The notes: generated by a model not told the origin, from the sequence alone. A stretch of 64,000 bases of DNA from Spirochaetia bacterium (GCA_038204425.1 JBBRCZ010000002.1:192001-256000); one strand, 5' to 3'. Positions 29,093-39,799 are shown, counted from the first letter of the stretch. Made by a program: numbers and translations.

Positions 29093-30421
29093 TCACTCAA
29101 AGTATGGTGCCAAATAGTCGTTGAGAAACTTACCCTGAGGGTCCAGGCTTCGGCGAAGTTTGACAAAGTCATGATAGCGAGGATAGAGTTTACTTAGTGT
29201 TTCTGGTGAGGCCTTAAAGCGCTTGGCCCAATGGGGCCGTGCGCCATGATTCAAAAAGACACGTTCCATTACGTCAAAGGACTTGTAGCTGTCGGCAGTG
29301 GCCGGGTTGCGAGTTACACAGCCCATAGTGACGCATTCTTCACTTTGGGCGTTGCCAAGCCAGGCCTTGCTTTTTTTGATAAAGCGTATATCCATCGGTA
29401 TGTGAGTCCAAGACTTCTCTCTCTCAAAAGCTTGTTTGAGTTCCTTAAAACAGGCTGCAAAATCGCGCCTATCGATAGTCCATTCTGCCAGCTCCAAGGT
29501 GCCTGAGCGCGATTTGGTGACGGTGCTTTGATAGAGTGATCCAATTCTACGCACTTCTTTGGAAAAAAAGGTGCGTTGCAGCAAGCGATTTGAGCACGGT
29601 ACGCTAGAAGGTATAACGCCAGCCAAGGCGTATAATCGTTTGGACCAAAGTCTGCGGTAACGATTGAAGACAGGCGGATCAAGTGGCTCAAAGGGTGGCC
29701 TATCGGAAAAAGGCTGGCCCTTGATAACCCACGCCTTGTTGGTGTGGGGTAGCCATAGCATGCGCAAAAAGTCGTAGCTTTGGTAGTTGTCGTCCATGCT
29801 TGCCAGCCATTCGCTGTCGGGCATAGCTTTTTCGACTAGGGCGAGTTGCTTAAGTGCTTCTACTCTAAAACTGACTTGAGTCATGATCCCCAAGAGACCC
29901 AATGATACTCTCAGCGCATCAAGGCTTGCATACAAATCGCTGCTTTGGTTTACCACAACGGTTTGGCCTTGAGCATCGATTAGGGTGACTTCGGTCAAAT
30001 AGTCCGAGAGACTCAAGGCTTGGCGCCCAGTGCCATGCGTACCGGTGGAAACCGCTCCAGCCAAAGTAATCTCATCGATGTCTGGAAGTGCAGCAAATGC
30101 GAGACCGTTTTGCTCCAGGTAAACACAGAGTTGGGCCAAGCTAAGCCCAGCTCCGGCCGTGACAATATTCCTCTCTCCGTTTAAATAAGCTGGTTTGCTT
30201 AAGACGCTGGAGGGTATGTTGTAGCCACTGGAGGCTACTATGTCGGCGCTGGATTTTCCATAGCCCAAGGCGCGTACTTTATCGGCCTTGGCGACGGCTT
30301 GGGCGAGCTCGTCCAGATTGTTGTTGCTTAAGTAACCTTGATGTGGTCGCTTGATACGGCCGTTCCAGCTTGTCCATGTTGTTGTGCCCACTCCGACCTT
30401 CCTCGGATATAAATTAAACAC
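29093..30421 (-). CDS. FAD-linked aldonolactone oxidoreductase (ALO/GULO family)
   Basis: WTSWNG, TLAGAVSTGTHGTG, VSLGLLGIM, ARPHWAK, DPQGKFLN. Confidence 0.88.
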   Translation of the reverse strand: MFNLYPRKVGVGTTTWTSWNGRIKRPHQGYLSNNNLDELAQAVAKADKVRALGYGKSSADIVASSGYNIPSSVLSKPAYLNGERNIVTAGAGLSLAQLCVYLEQNGLAFAALPDIDEITLAGAVSTGTHGTGRQALSLSDYLTEVTLIDAQGQTVVVNQSSDLYASLDALRVSLGLLGIMTQVSFRVEALKQLALVEKAMPDSEWLASMDDNYQSYDFLRMLWLPHTNKAWVIKGQPFSDRPPFEPLDPPVFNRYRRLWSKRLYALAGVIPSSVPCSNRLLQRTFFSKEVRRIGSLYQSTVTKSRSGTLELAEWTIDRRDFAACFKELKQAFEREKSWTHIPMDIRFIKKSKAWLGNAQSEECVTMGCVTRNPATADSYKSFDVMERVFLNHGARPHWAKRFKASPETLSKLYPRYHDFVKLRRSLDPQGKFLNDYLAPYFE

Positions 30422-30424
30422 AAA

Positions 30425-32347
30425 TCAAGGTATAAAAGCCAGTGAGAACCAGGGCACAAAGCTAATCAAAACTACCAAAATTAGCTGGATGAGAAAAAAC
30501 GGTAGAATATCTTTATACAAGTTGGTCATAGGGCGGTTAAAGCGATAAGAAGACAAAAACAAATTGAGACCAACTGGCGGCGTTATAAACCCTAGACTAA
30601 GGTTGGACAAGAAGATAATTCCCAAATGCAAACGACTAATGCCAAAGATATCACCGAGTGGCAAGATTAAGGGCACAATGATGTAGATGGCTGAGTAAAC
30701 GTCCATAATGCAACCGACCAAGAGCAAAATAAGGTTTAGCAGCAAGATGAACATCCATGGCGAGGCGATGCTTGAACGTATCCATTCTACCAAAAGCTGA
30801 GGAAATCCAGTGTCTACAGAATAATACGAAAGTGCGCGAGACATAGCTAGGATGATAAAGACCCCGCCGGCTATAATTGCAGCGCTAGTTAGTGAAGCTT
30901 TGAGCGCATTGATGTTAAGTTCGCGTCGGAAGAGCCCGAGGTAAATCAAGACATAGACCACCGAAAGTGCAGCAGTTTCTACTAAGTTTGCAGCACCTGT
31001 AAACAAAAGCACAAAAATGAGCAGCGGCAAAATCAACTCGCCAATGGCATCGGTAAAGGAACCTTTCTTTTCACTTGAGCTAACGGCTTTATGTTCCTTA
31101 GTACCCGATCTAAACGATTTGTAAATTCCCATGCCAAAGAGTCCTAGCATCAGGATAAGACCTGGCAGTATTCCAGCCTTAAACATATCGAGAATTGAGA
31201 CTTGTGCGGTGGAGGCATAGAGGATTATAGCCAGACTTGGCGGCAAGAGGATGCCAGGACCCGGAGCGGAGGTAATTAAGCCGTAGGAGAAAGTTTCGCC
31301 ATACGACTTATTTTTTAGCAAGACACCAAGTAGTAAGCTGCCTAGTGCCAATATCGTTACGCCACTCGCACCAGTAAAGGTGGTAAAAACAGCCATAGAC
31401 AAGATGGTTACAAAAGCTGTCTTTCCTGTAAATCGGCCACCCGTTTTTTCTATCAATCCTACTATTCGCTGTGGTGACTTGGCGTGCGAAAGTAAAAACC
31501 CGCACAAAGTAAACAAGGGGATGGCAGCAAGAATAGAACCATTGCTAAGTATGCGATAGCTCTCTTCCATAATGATGGAGGCCGAACTTCCAATTCCTGC
31601 AAATAGTACTAGCGAAATACCACCAATAACTTTGTACAAAGGCAGGCCCAAAAAAGCTCCAAACAGTATTAAGATTACAAAAGGCATGGTCAGCCACTCC
31701 ATGGTGGATGTCCAAGCATCTGATAGGCTATTGAACCACTCACTGTCAAAGTTCCCGAGACTTACTAGGGTAAGAATGGAAGGCAAGGTGAGAATGGCGC
31801 CGACGATAAACGTACTGATGGTAGCAAAGAGCTTCCACCAGAGCACCTGCCCTTTGCTTATGGTTTGTTTTAGTTCTATCAAGTAGATAAACAAGAAACC
31901 AAGCGGCATGCTCATTGCGACGACCGTCAAAGGTATTCCAAACAATTCTTCGTCGGGTCCAAACGCTAACAAGGCAAAGCACAATGAGGCCCAAAAGAGT
32001 GCAACACTTATAAAAAGCCCCAAGTACCAACTAGTCCTTTGGATCAAGTTTCTTAGTCGTTCAAACTTGAGATTTTGGAAAAGCTGGATGCTTAAGTGTT
32101 CTTTTCTGACGGTTGCTATGATTGCGCCCCACAAACTCAAAAAAAGCATCAGGTGCCCAGTGATTCTACCGTCAATTAGCGGCGCGTTGGGTACAAACCG
32201 AACTATTGCGCTCAGCAAAGGCAAGAAAGTACTAAGTCCAAAAAGTATCAACGATATCGTTAAGGAAGCAGAAGTTATAGCCGCTTGTCGGGCCGTTGGT
32301 GGCGGTTGCAACGCGCTTTGGTCGGCCGTAGTTGGTGTTGTTTCCAT
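30425..32347 (-). CDS. TRAP transporter fused small/large permease (DctQM)
   Basis: N-terminal DctQ (KEHLSI); DctM AAIPLFTL, GILLPPS, GFITPPVGLNLF. Confidence 0.9.
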   Translation of the reverse strand: METTPTTADQSALQPPPTARQAAITSASLTISLILFGLSTFLPLLSAIVRFVPNAPLIDGRITGHLMLFLSLWGAIIATVRKEHLSIQLFQNLKFERLRNLIQRTSWYLGLFISVALFWASLCFALLAFGPDEELFGIPLTVVAMSMPLGFLFIYLIELKQTISKGQVLWWKLFATISTFIVGAILTLPSILTLVSLGNFDSEWFNSLSDAWTSTMEWLTMPFVILILFGAFLGLPLYKVIGGISLVLFAGIGSSASIIMEESYRILSNGSILAAIPLFTLCGFLLSHAKSPQRIVGLIEKTGGRFTGKTAFVTILSMAVFTTFTGASGVTILALGSLLLGVLLKNKSYGETFSYGLITSAPGPGILLPPSLAIILYASTAQVSILDMFKAGILPGLILMLGLFGMGIYKSFRSGTKEHKAVSSSEKKGSFTDAIGELILPLLIFVLLFTGAANLVETAALSVVYVLIYLGLFRRELNINALKASLTSAAIIAGGVFIILAMSRALSYYSVDTGFPQLLVEWIRSSIASPWMFILLLNLILLLVGCIMDVYSAIYIIVPLILPLGDIFGISRLHLGIIFLSNLSLGFITPPVGLNLFLSSYRFNRPMTNLYKDILPFFLIQLILVVLISFVPWFSLAFIP

Positions 32348-32353
32348 CAAGTA

Positions 32354-33346
32354 TTACTCTCTATTGCTGCGCAGTCTAGTCAAAATCGTTTGGATAGTAT
32401 TAAACAAGTCTTTGTCGTAAATAGTGCCGAGTGATTTTTGAACTGCCATAGCTGCCTCTTTTTGCCATTCTGCAAGTTCGCTCTGGCTGGTTCTATTGAC
32501 AATTAGGCCATATTTAACCATTGCGGTAATAGCTTCTTTTTCTATGTCTACGGCGCGACTGTCCAGTTTGGCAGCTATTTTTGCCGCCGCAGCCATCAAC
32601 TGCGGGCGCAGATTGGCAGGAATACGAGTCCAAGTTTGCGTCGAGAGCACAATTGAACCGAGAATGGGTGCAAACTCAAGATCAGAAAAATGCGGTGCTG
32701 CGCCAAAAAGTTGGTAACCTGCTGCGGCAAAAGGAACCAGCAAAATAGTATCAACCATGCCCGAGTTAAGCGCGGTCAGCACTTCCAAACCTTGGCCGTT
32801 GATAGGTTTAAATCCCATAGTTTGCATCATCTTAAACAAATCATCACTATTGCCAGGAATTGTAAGTTTGCGATTGCGGGCTTGTTCGATGCTGGTAAGT
32901 TTAGTTTTAGAGAAAAAATGTATCCAACCAGCCGTGTTCCAAACTATGGGCTGATAGCCTTTAACGACTAAGCGATTTTCTAGGTCGGGTTTAACAAGTT
33001 CAATAGTTTTGCCAAATTCATTTCTGTCTTTAAAGATCATCGGGGCACTTAGAGTTAAGAGTGCCTTGTCAATCAGGCCCAGTCCATTGGTAGTTAAAAC
33101 GGCTCCTTGCAATTGCCCAATGCGCATCTTTCGCAGCATATCATCTTCATTGCCGGCTACTGCATTGTGAAAAATTCTAATTTGAATCTCGCCATTGCTA
33201 ATCTTTAGCCACTCAGCCGCGAGTTCTTTGAGGGCGTCGCCCCAAGGAGAAGCTTCAGGAGCTTGGCTACCCAACTTGATTTGCAGTGACGATAAGGGCA
33301 CAATAAGAAAAAGCACCAGGATGAGCAGCATAGTGATGCGCTTCAT
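32354..33346 (-). CDS. dctP: TRAP transporter substrate-binding protein
   Basis: Signal peptide; IKLGSQAPEASPW, AGNEDDMLRKMRIGQLQG, ALNSGMVD. Confidence 0.88.
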   Translation of the reverse strand: MKRITMLLILVLFLIVPLSSLQIKLGSQAPEASPWGDALKELAAEWLKISNGEIQIRIFHNAVAGNEDDMLRKMRIGQLQGAVLTTNGLGLIDKALLTLSAPMIFKDRNEFGKTIELVKPDLENRLVVKGYQPIVWNTAGWIHFFSKTKLTSIEQARNRKLTIPGNSDDLFKMMQTMGFKPINGQGLEVLTALNSGMVDTILLVPFAAAGYQLFGAAPHFSDLEFAPILGSIVLSTQTWTRIPANLRPQLMAAAAKIAAKLDSRAVDIEKEAITAMVKYGLIVNRTSQSELAEWQKEAAMAVQKSLGTIYDKDLFNTIQTILTRLRSNRE

Positions 33347-33447
33347 AGGTTCACCTCGTATAAATATATGTTGTGATCGCTCTTGATTAACGATGACTCT
33401 TAAATAGACTAATCGCAAATGCCTTGCCTGTAAAGTCTGGCAAGAGA

Positions 33448-34617
33448 TTATGGTGTTTTAACAACTTCCCTGGAGCTAGGCCCACAATCCTGATTGCTGT
33501 CTTTGCTAAGTCGCCAAGCCTCAACGCACGCAATAAGTCCATCCTTTAGGTCCACCTGGGGACTGTAGGCAAAGTGTTCATTGGCTTTCTGATGAGAGAA
33601 TTGGTAGTTGCTGCACAGCTGGTCTACTCGATATCTGGTGAGTGGTGGAGCTGCTTTGCTTCGCACAAGCGAGAAGAAAAACTCAAGTACGCAAGCCGAG
33701 AGAAAGGCAAGCTTGCCGTTGAGGTTTATTTTGCTTGGAGTTAAGTCCAGCGCGCCGCTCATTTGATCAAGCAAGCTGCGCCAAGTGTGGGAGCCTGTTC
33801 CGCTCAAATTAAAGGCTTGGTACTTGTGCTGGGTGTCGTTTGCTGTCCACTTTAAACACGCAACTATGCCGTTGCAAAGGTCGTCTACATGTACCGGGCA
33901 GGTCAGAAAAGCGCCATGGGAAAGGGTTCCCATAATGCCTTTTTGTAAAGCATCAAAAAGATTGTAGAAAGTAGTCGTATCGCCTGGGCCATAGACCATG
34001 GCTGGCCTAACGGTGACAGCTCGAAGTCCTTGGCTTGCTAAACGTGCCAACAAAGATTCTGCCAGACGTTTGCTGAGTGGATAAGGGTTGTTGGCTGGGT
34101 AGTAAGGGCCCGCTTCGCTACTATTGTTGTGTTGACCAAAGCCATGCACGGCCACCGAGCTTACAAAAACAAATGCCTTGACCCGTTTTTCTAAGGCGGC
34201 TTGTGCTAAAACGCGCAATGGGTGGACGTTGGCAACAAAAAATTTCTCAAACGAACCCCAGTCACCGGCATAGGCTGCAGCGTGGATCACCGCATCACAG
34301 TCGGCGATCATTTGCTTGGCGGATTCTAGGTCAGCGTTGTCTATTTCATAGTCGAGAGCAAAGCTTGCCAGACCCAAACGAGCATCTTTGCGCCAGGCAC
34401 GCATCAGGTCGGACTTGAGATTTGGCAAAGAACGAGAGAAGTCAAGATGGTCGGTACTAAAGCTTAGCTGCCTAGGATATTGATTCTGGATACGAGACAA
34501 AGCTTGCGGAACGCTGCCGCGGCGATGACTTGCAACAACTGAATGTCCATGTTCAACTAGCTGGTGAATAAGATGCTGACCAATGAAACCGGCTGAACCA
34601 GTTACAAAAACTTTCAT
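33448..34617 (-). CDS. NAD-dependent epimerase/dehydratase (extended SDR)
   Basis: VFVTGSAGFIG, VIHAAA, VSSVAV, YPLSK, RPAMVYGPGD. Confidence 0.88.
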   Translation of the reverse strand: MKVFVTGSAGFIGQHLIHQLVEHGHSVVASHRRGSVPQALSRIQNQYPRQLSFSTDHLDFSRSLPNLKSDLMRAWRKDARLGLASFALDYEIDNADLESAKQMIADCDAVIHAAAYAGDWGSFEKFFVANVHPLRVLAQAALEKRVKAFVFVSSVAVHGFGQHNNSSEAGPYYPANNPYPLSKRLAESLLARLASQGLRAVTVRPAMVYGPGDTTTFYNLFDALQKGIMGTLSHGAFLTCPVHVDDLCNGIVACLKWTANDTQHKYQAFNLSGTGSHTWRSLLDQMSGALDLTPSKINLNGKLAFLSACVLEFFFSLVRSKAAPPLTRYRVDQLCSNYQFSHQKANEHFAYSPQVDLKDGLIACVEAWRLSKDSNQDCGPSSREVVKTP

Positions 34618-34637
34618 GATGGCATATAGTAGCAAAA

Positions 34638-35450
34638 ATGAGCGACAAACAAAAGTCTGACAACGGCAAAGATAAGCTTTTGTCGGCTGCGCAGGCACTA
34701 AAAAGAGATTTTTTTTCCCTTGCCGCTGGTAAATTGACCATAATCGTACTTTTTAGCATCACTTCGATGGTCTTTTATTTGTACTTTAACATGCATACCA
34801 AAAACATTGCGGCACTGCTGTTTCCCTCCGCACTAGGCGACTTAGGGGCATATATATTACGTTTTGTGTCGAGCTTCACCTTGCTCGGCCTTATCCCTTT
34901 TGTAGCAACTAAGCTGCTTGGTTATTCCAACCACGACATTGGTCTGGTTTTTGACGCAGCCTTTCTTAAAAGTAAGATTTTTTGGATTACGACACTTGCA
35001 TTCCTGCTCACAAACCTAGTTAACATTTTTAACAATGAATTAGTCGCCTATTATCCATTTTCTAAGACACTAATTAGCCTAGTGATTCAAGAGCCGTGGC
35101 TTATAGGCCTGCATGCCCTAGCTTATTTTTTGTTATACTATCTTCCTTGGGAGTTATTGTTTAGAGGTATTCTGGTTTTTCCATTTCTAAAACTACTTGA
35201 CAGCGACGGCAAGGTTCCCATTTACAAACAAGCAAGTTTTTACCTCGTCGCATCGTTGCAAACCATACCGACCGTTCTTATGCACTTACCGCATCCCATG
35301 ATTGAGACCCTTGCAACCATCCCCTTTGGTTTTTTGGCGGCATGGTTAGTATTGCGTTTTAGGTCTATAGCTCCGGTACTAATCATCCATGCCAGTGTTG
35401 GTATTAGCCTTGACATTGGCATTATAGTTAAACATGCTTTGCAGCTATAA
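34638..35450 (+). CDS. CPBP (CAAX/Abi) family intramembrane metalloprotease
   Basis: Multi-TM; WELLFRG, LMHLPHP..E, RSI..VLIIH. Confidence 0.8.
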   Translation: MSDKQKSDNGKDKLLSAAQALKRDFFSLAAGKLTIIVLFSITSMVFYLYFNMHTKNIAALLFPSALGDLGAYILRFVSSFTLLGLIPFVATKLLGYSNHDIGLVFDAAFLKSKIFWITTLAFLLTNLVNIFNNELVAYYPFSKTLISLVIQEPWLIGLHALAYFLLYYLPWELLFRGILVFPFLKLLDSDGKVPIYKQASFYLVASLQTIPTVLMHLPHPMIETLATIPFGFLAAWLVLRFRSIAPVLIIHASVGISLDIGIIVKHALQL

Positions 35451-35464
35451 ATCTAAGAGGATAT

Positions 35465-36607
35465 ATGCAAGAAAATTTAAGTCAGGTTGCTATCGAACCA
35501 AAACAGACTGAACCTAAGCAGCCCGCCACCAGTCCAGGCAGAAGAAAGACCTATCTCTACATAATTCTGGCAGTAGCCATAGGATTGGTCACCAATATTT
35601 TTATTGGGCTTTTAGTTGACGCAGATAAGTTGCGTCGGGTTTTTGCCCAAGTCTCATGGGACTTAGTTGCAGTCCCGTTTCTTATCTATCTTTTTCTGTC
35701 TTTTGTCGATGCTATCCGGCTCAAGATGGTTGGTTGGAAGTGTGGCTACATTCTGCCTTTTAGAGCTTGTCTTTCTAATAGTATTGTAGGCTCGTTCTTT
35801 TCTAATGTTACGCCTATGGCAGCTGGTGGGCAACCTTTTCAAGTATTTCACTTACAAAAGTATGGCATGCCCGGAAAGATTGCGACTAACATTATTCTTT
35901 CGCGTTTTGTTGTAAACGCCATGATACTGATGGGCATTCTGCTGATTGCAATACCGACCATTGTTCGTATTGCCAATACCGTAGCTAGCGCTGCTTTGGT
36001 GTTTTATCTTGGCTTGGGCCTAACTTTTTTGTTTGCGCTGACTTTTTTGGCAATTCTAATTCAGCCAAAGATTGTCTTTTGGTTAAGTAAAGCGCTAGGA
36101 CGCGGTCCTATCAATCGACTTATTGTAAAACTTAGCAAAAGAGTGGAATGGCAAGCTGACTTAGAAAAAGCCACTCAAGAACTTCGTAGCGAAATTAGAA
36201 GCCTATGGTCCAAAGGCAGGTCAGTAATGATTCTTGATATTGTGCTTAATATCGGCGTAATTGTTATGCAAGGGCTGGCCTTGTGGTACCCATTGCAACG
36301 GCTGTCCGAAGTCGCAGTACCATTTTTTCCAGTTCTTATTACCTTTGTGGTAGTTTGGCAGGTGGTATTCTACATCCCGTCTCCTGGAGCTTCAGGCGGC
36401 TTGGAAGGCATGTTTGTTTTGGTCTTTACGGCCTTCTTTGGCAACGACGCGGCCATGCTGACAGGTATTATTATGTGGCGCGCAGGAAGCTATTATCTGC
36501 ACCTGATTTTGGGTTTAGTAGTTTCAACGGTATCAATTGGCAGAGTCAAAACACCGAGTAAAAAAACCGAGCAAAAAATATCAGACAACTTGAATGAGAA
36601 GCTCTAA
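35465..36607 (+). CDS. Lysylphosphatidylglycerol synthase TM / flippase-like protein (UPF0104)
   Basis: FFSNVTPMAAGGQP, PSPGASGGLEG, WRAGSYY. Confidence 0.85.
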   Translation: MQENLSQVAIEPKQTEPKQPATSPGRRKTYLYIILAVAIGLVTNIFIGLLVDADKLRRVFAQVSWDLVAVPFLIYLFLSFVDAIRLKMVGWKCGYILPFRACLSNSIVGSFFSNVTPMAAGGQPFQVFHLQKYGMPGKIATNIILSRFVVNAMILMGILLIAIPTIVRIANTVASAALVFYLGLGLTFLFALTFLAILIQPKIVFWLSKALGRGPINRLIVKLSKRVEWQADLEKATQELRSEIRSLWSKGRSVMILDIVLNIGVIVMQGLALWYPLQRLSEVAVPFFPVLITFVVVWQVVFYIPSPGASGGLEGMFVLVFTAFFGNDAAMLTGIIMWRAGSYYLHLILGLVVSTVSIGRVKTPSKKTEQKISDNLNEKL

Positions 36608-39270
36608 ACCGAGTTGCGGCTGGCGTTAACGCAGGCTGCCATACTTTTTATGATCATTTTTTCGAGTAGACCGCGTTGCTCAGTTTCTGCGCGCAAGGGC
36701 TGAGTCGACGTTTCTGCCATGTCAAGTCTTCGCAGTTCTTGAAGAGCCCACTGCTGTATGAGAGCAAGTGGGTGAATAAGCTCTTCTCTCATCTTGATAG
36801 AGGATTTTACCAAAGGATCAAATTCTAGCAGAGATTCTTGGCCCGAAACCTGCAAAAGCATAGCTATGGTTAATCTGGCTTCGTTTGCTATTTTGTGACG
36901 GAGCCCACCAAATGGACTTTTGGTTTCATGCCATTGGCTAAGTGGTAAGTAGACCTTGCTTAGACTTTGCATCGAGTTTTCTAGTAGGGTTCTGAAGAAT
37001 AAAGAGTTGCGGTACAAGTTGCGCAGGTCCTCAAGCCGACCGGATTGTGTTAGTTGAGCGAGCGCAGTACCAAGACCAAAGTAACCAGGAATATTTTGCT
37101 TTAGTTGGCTCCAAGCGCCAACAAAGGGGATGGCTCGCAGGTCTTCCAATCTCAAAGCACTGTTTCCGTTGCGCTTAGTGGGGCGTGAGCTTATGTTGGC
37201 TTGACCGTAGTGAGACAAGGGGCTGTGGGCTTGAATATAAGGCAGAAAATCTGGATCCTCGCGCAGGGCAAGGTAGGATTGTTTGGAAACGGCGCTTAGC
37301 TCGTCAATAAGTGCACTTTCTTGGTCGTCAAGATGCCAGTCTTCGGTTTGGTCAAAAATATTGTTGTCAATGCCCGCTGAAAGCAATTGTTCAATGTTGT
37401 GTCTGGCAGTTTGTTCGTTTCCATACATTGAGCTGATGGTTTGACCTTGGATAGTCAGGTGAATGGCAAGGCTTTCGATATCGCGGCCCAAAGAGCGGTA
37501 GAACTTGTGGGTATTACCACCGCCGCGAGCTGGTGGGCCACCGCGACCATCAAAAAAAACTAAGGCTATAGTGTTGCTACGAGCCAAAGAAGTTAGACTC
37601 TGTTTGGCTTTGTAGATACTCCAATTTGCTGTTACATAGCCGCCGTCTTTGGTGCCATCAGAAAAACCTAACATTACATGTTGACGATTGCCGCGTAACG
37701 AAAGATGTTGCCGATAGACGGGGTGGTCAAACAAGGTTTGCATGGTCTGTTGAGCAGCAGTCAGGTCGTCGATAGTCTCAAACAATGGTACCAAGTCAAA
37801 GTCAATCTGATCACTTGAGTAGCCTGCCAAAATTGCCAGCAAACGCAGCGTTAAGAGGTCTGCAGGCCCTTGCGTGTTGCTAACGATAAAACGATGCAGG
37901 CCGTGTTTTCCATTGAGTGCTTGTATTTCGCGGGCGGCAATAAACACCTCCAAGCCATCTCTAATCACTTCATCTTCTATCCTAGACAAAATCTCAAGAC
38001 CTCTACCCTTAAGCTCTTGTTCATTTAGGTTTGACAAAAACTCAAGCCGCTTTTTTTGGTTGAGGGCAGTAAAGTCGACTTTTTCTCCTATAACAAGACT
38101 AAGTACTTCTTCGAGTGTCTTGGCCAGCACGCGGCTGTCTTGGCGTAGGTCCAAAGAAGCAAAATAGAAGCCGAAACATCGCACCTTGTGGATAAAGAGA
38201 TCCAAGTCTTCACTAAAAAGCCCATCGTGTTTTTCTATCAATATTTTTCGTACTTCTAGCAGTTCATCTAAAAAAGTGTCGACAGTGGCATAGCTAAAGT
38301 CGCCAGGGTCGACACAATAGAGTCCCTGGCGTAGGCTTGGTTCTGCTCGCATAATTGGGTTAATGCGGGCTGCTAGGGTTTCAAAAATGTCTTGCAACTT
38401 TTCGTATACGTCGTCAAAAGTCAGCTTGCCCAGTAGTTCTTGTAAGTCATTCAAGTAGAGTTTGATCAAGGTCTCATTGAGAAGGTTGCCAACTTTGACC
38501 GTAGTTACTGCTTTGACATTGGGGTTGCCGTCACGGTCGCCGCCTGGCCAGAAGCCGAGTTCCAAAACTGGTTCAAATGAGGACATATGGTCCATATCGT
38601 AACCGGCTGCGTTAAAGAGCTGTTGTTGGCTTTCAGGTAGGGTCTGGTAGAGTACATGTTCCATAAACCAAAGTACCGCTTTGGCCTCATCAAAAGGGCT
38701 CGGTCGTTCTTTCTTTTTAAACCGGGTACGACCGAGTTGCAACAAGAGTCGATAAACCTGGGCGAGGTCATCCCTAGAGATTGCATCGCGCAACTTGGCG
38801 ATGATTCCCAAAACTTGTTCAGTATAAAACTGAGTAGGATGGGCGGTGAGTACTATACGAATGCTAAACTGATGCAACAAATGGGCGAGATCTTCTTGTT
38901 TATCGGCTAGTGCTATACGTCCCAAGATGTCATGTAGGCTTCCGCTGGCATTCATGTCGCGGGTAAGGTGAAAAGTAGCCTCTTCTACGGCGTCAAAGAG
39001 CACAATCTGGCGTTCTACAAGGCGTAGAAGCGCGAAAATTCGGTTAGAAAGATCAGTGAAATTTTGTACATCCATGCGACGGCCAAAAAAATCGTTGATA
39101 ATTTCGTCAGGAGCGCGACTAAGTTCTAGTTGCTCGCGACAAAAGCTGGCAAACAATGGCAAGGTGTAGCCGGCGAGGCCAACCTGCTCGTAAGGCAGGT
39201 CAAAAAAGAGTCCGCAATAGAGGCGAAACTTCATGGCAACTTGTTCTGTAAAACTCCGATTTAATGACAT
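36604..39270 (-). CDS. ppc: Phosphoenolpyruvate carboxylase
   Basis: VLTAHPT, GGDRDGNP, LDLRQDS, VPLFET, QHVMLGFSDGTKDGG, GRGGPPARGGG, LRAIPF. Confidence 0.95.
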   Translation of the reverse strand: MSLNRSFTEQVAMKFRLYCGLFFDLPYEQVGLAGYTLPLFASFCREQLELSRAPDEIINDFFGRRMDVQNFTDLSNRIFALLRLVERQIVLFDAVEEATFHLTRDMNASGSLHDILGRIALADKQEDLAHLLHQFSIRIVLTAHPTQFYTEQVLGIIAKLRDAISRDDLAQVYRLLLQLGRTRFKKKERPSPFDEAKAVLWFMEHVLYQTLPESQQQLFNAAGYDMDHMSSFEPVLELGFWPGGDRDGNPNVKAVTTVKVGNLLNETLIKLYLNDLQELLGKLTFDDVYEKLQDIFETLAARINPIMRAEPSLRQGLYCVDPGDFSYATVDTFLDELLEVRKILIEKHDGLFSEDLDLFIHKVRCFGFYFASLDLRQDSRVLAKTLEEVLSLVIGEKVDFTALNQKKRLEFLSNLNEQELKGRGLEILSRIEDEVIRDGLEVFIAAREIQALNGKHGLHRFIVSNTQGPADLLTLRLLAILAGYSSDQIDFDLVPLFETIDDLTAAQQTMQTLFDHPVYRQHLSLRGNRQHVMLGFSDGTKDGGYVTANWSIYKAKQSLTSLARSNTIALVFFDGRGGPPARGGGNTHKFYRSLGRDIESLAIHLTIQGQTISSMYGNEQTARHNIEQLLSAGIDNNIFDQTEDWHLDDQESALIDELSAVSKQSYLALREDPDFLPYIQAHSPLSHYGQANISSRPTKRNGNSALRLEDLRAIPFVGAWSQLKQNIPGYFGLGTALAQLTQSGRLEDLRNLYRNSLFFRTLLENSMQSLSKVYLPLSQWHETKSPFGGLRHKIANEARLTIAMLLQVSGQESLLEFDPLVKSSIKMREELIHPLALIQQWALQELRRLDMAETSTQPLRAETEQRGLLEKMIIKSMAACVNASRNSV

Positions 39271-39301
39271 AAGCGCAAAGTACCCTAAATTAAGCTCTGT
39301 A

Positions 39302-39799
39302 TCAATCGTCGAGTAGACTGCTGAGCAGTATCTTGCTTGCAAATGTGGGCTTTTTGCTGAGCTCCAACCAGCTATCCATCTCGAGTTCCAAACACAGGCA
39401 ATGGCAGGGCCGCAGGTGCTGGGTTTGGCCCGTCAGCATCCAGGCAAGCTCTTCCAAGCATGGGTTGTGGGCTACAATCATAATGCTGGCTTGGCTTAGC
39501 TGCTGAATATAATTGATGATATCGTCGGGTACCGCGGCATACAGCTGACTGCTTAACTCAAGCGTGGTAGTGATAGGCAAGACACTTTTGATCAGCTGAG
39601 CAGTGTGCATCGCTCGTTGGGCGTCGCTGGAGACTATCAGTTCTATTGACTTGTTGGTTTGTGAAAGCCGCTTGCCCAATAGTTTTCCGAGGTCGAGTGC
39701 GTTTTGAATGCCGCCAGAGGTCAACGCGCGGCTGTGGTCTAAGCCGTCGGCTGAATAATTGTTGGTCTTAGCGTGGCGACAAATATAAAGTGTCTTCAT
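39302..39799 (-). CDS. sixA: Histidine phosphatase family protein (SixA-like)
   Basis: LYICRHAK, SSDAQRAMHTA, IVAHNP. Confidence 0.82.
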   Translation of the reverse strand: MKTLYICRHAKTNNYSADGLDHSRALTSGGIQNALDLGKLLGKRLSQTNKSIELIVSSDAQRAMHTAQLIKSVLPITTTLELSSQLYAAVPDDIINYIQQLSQASIMIVAHNPCLEELAWMLTGQTQHLRPCHCLCLELEMDSWLELSKKPTFASKILLSSLLDD

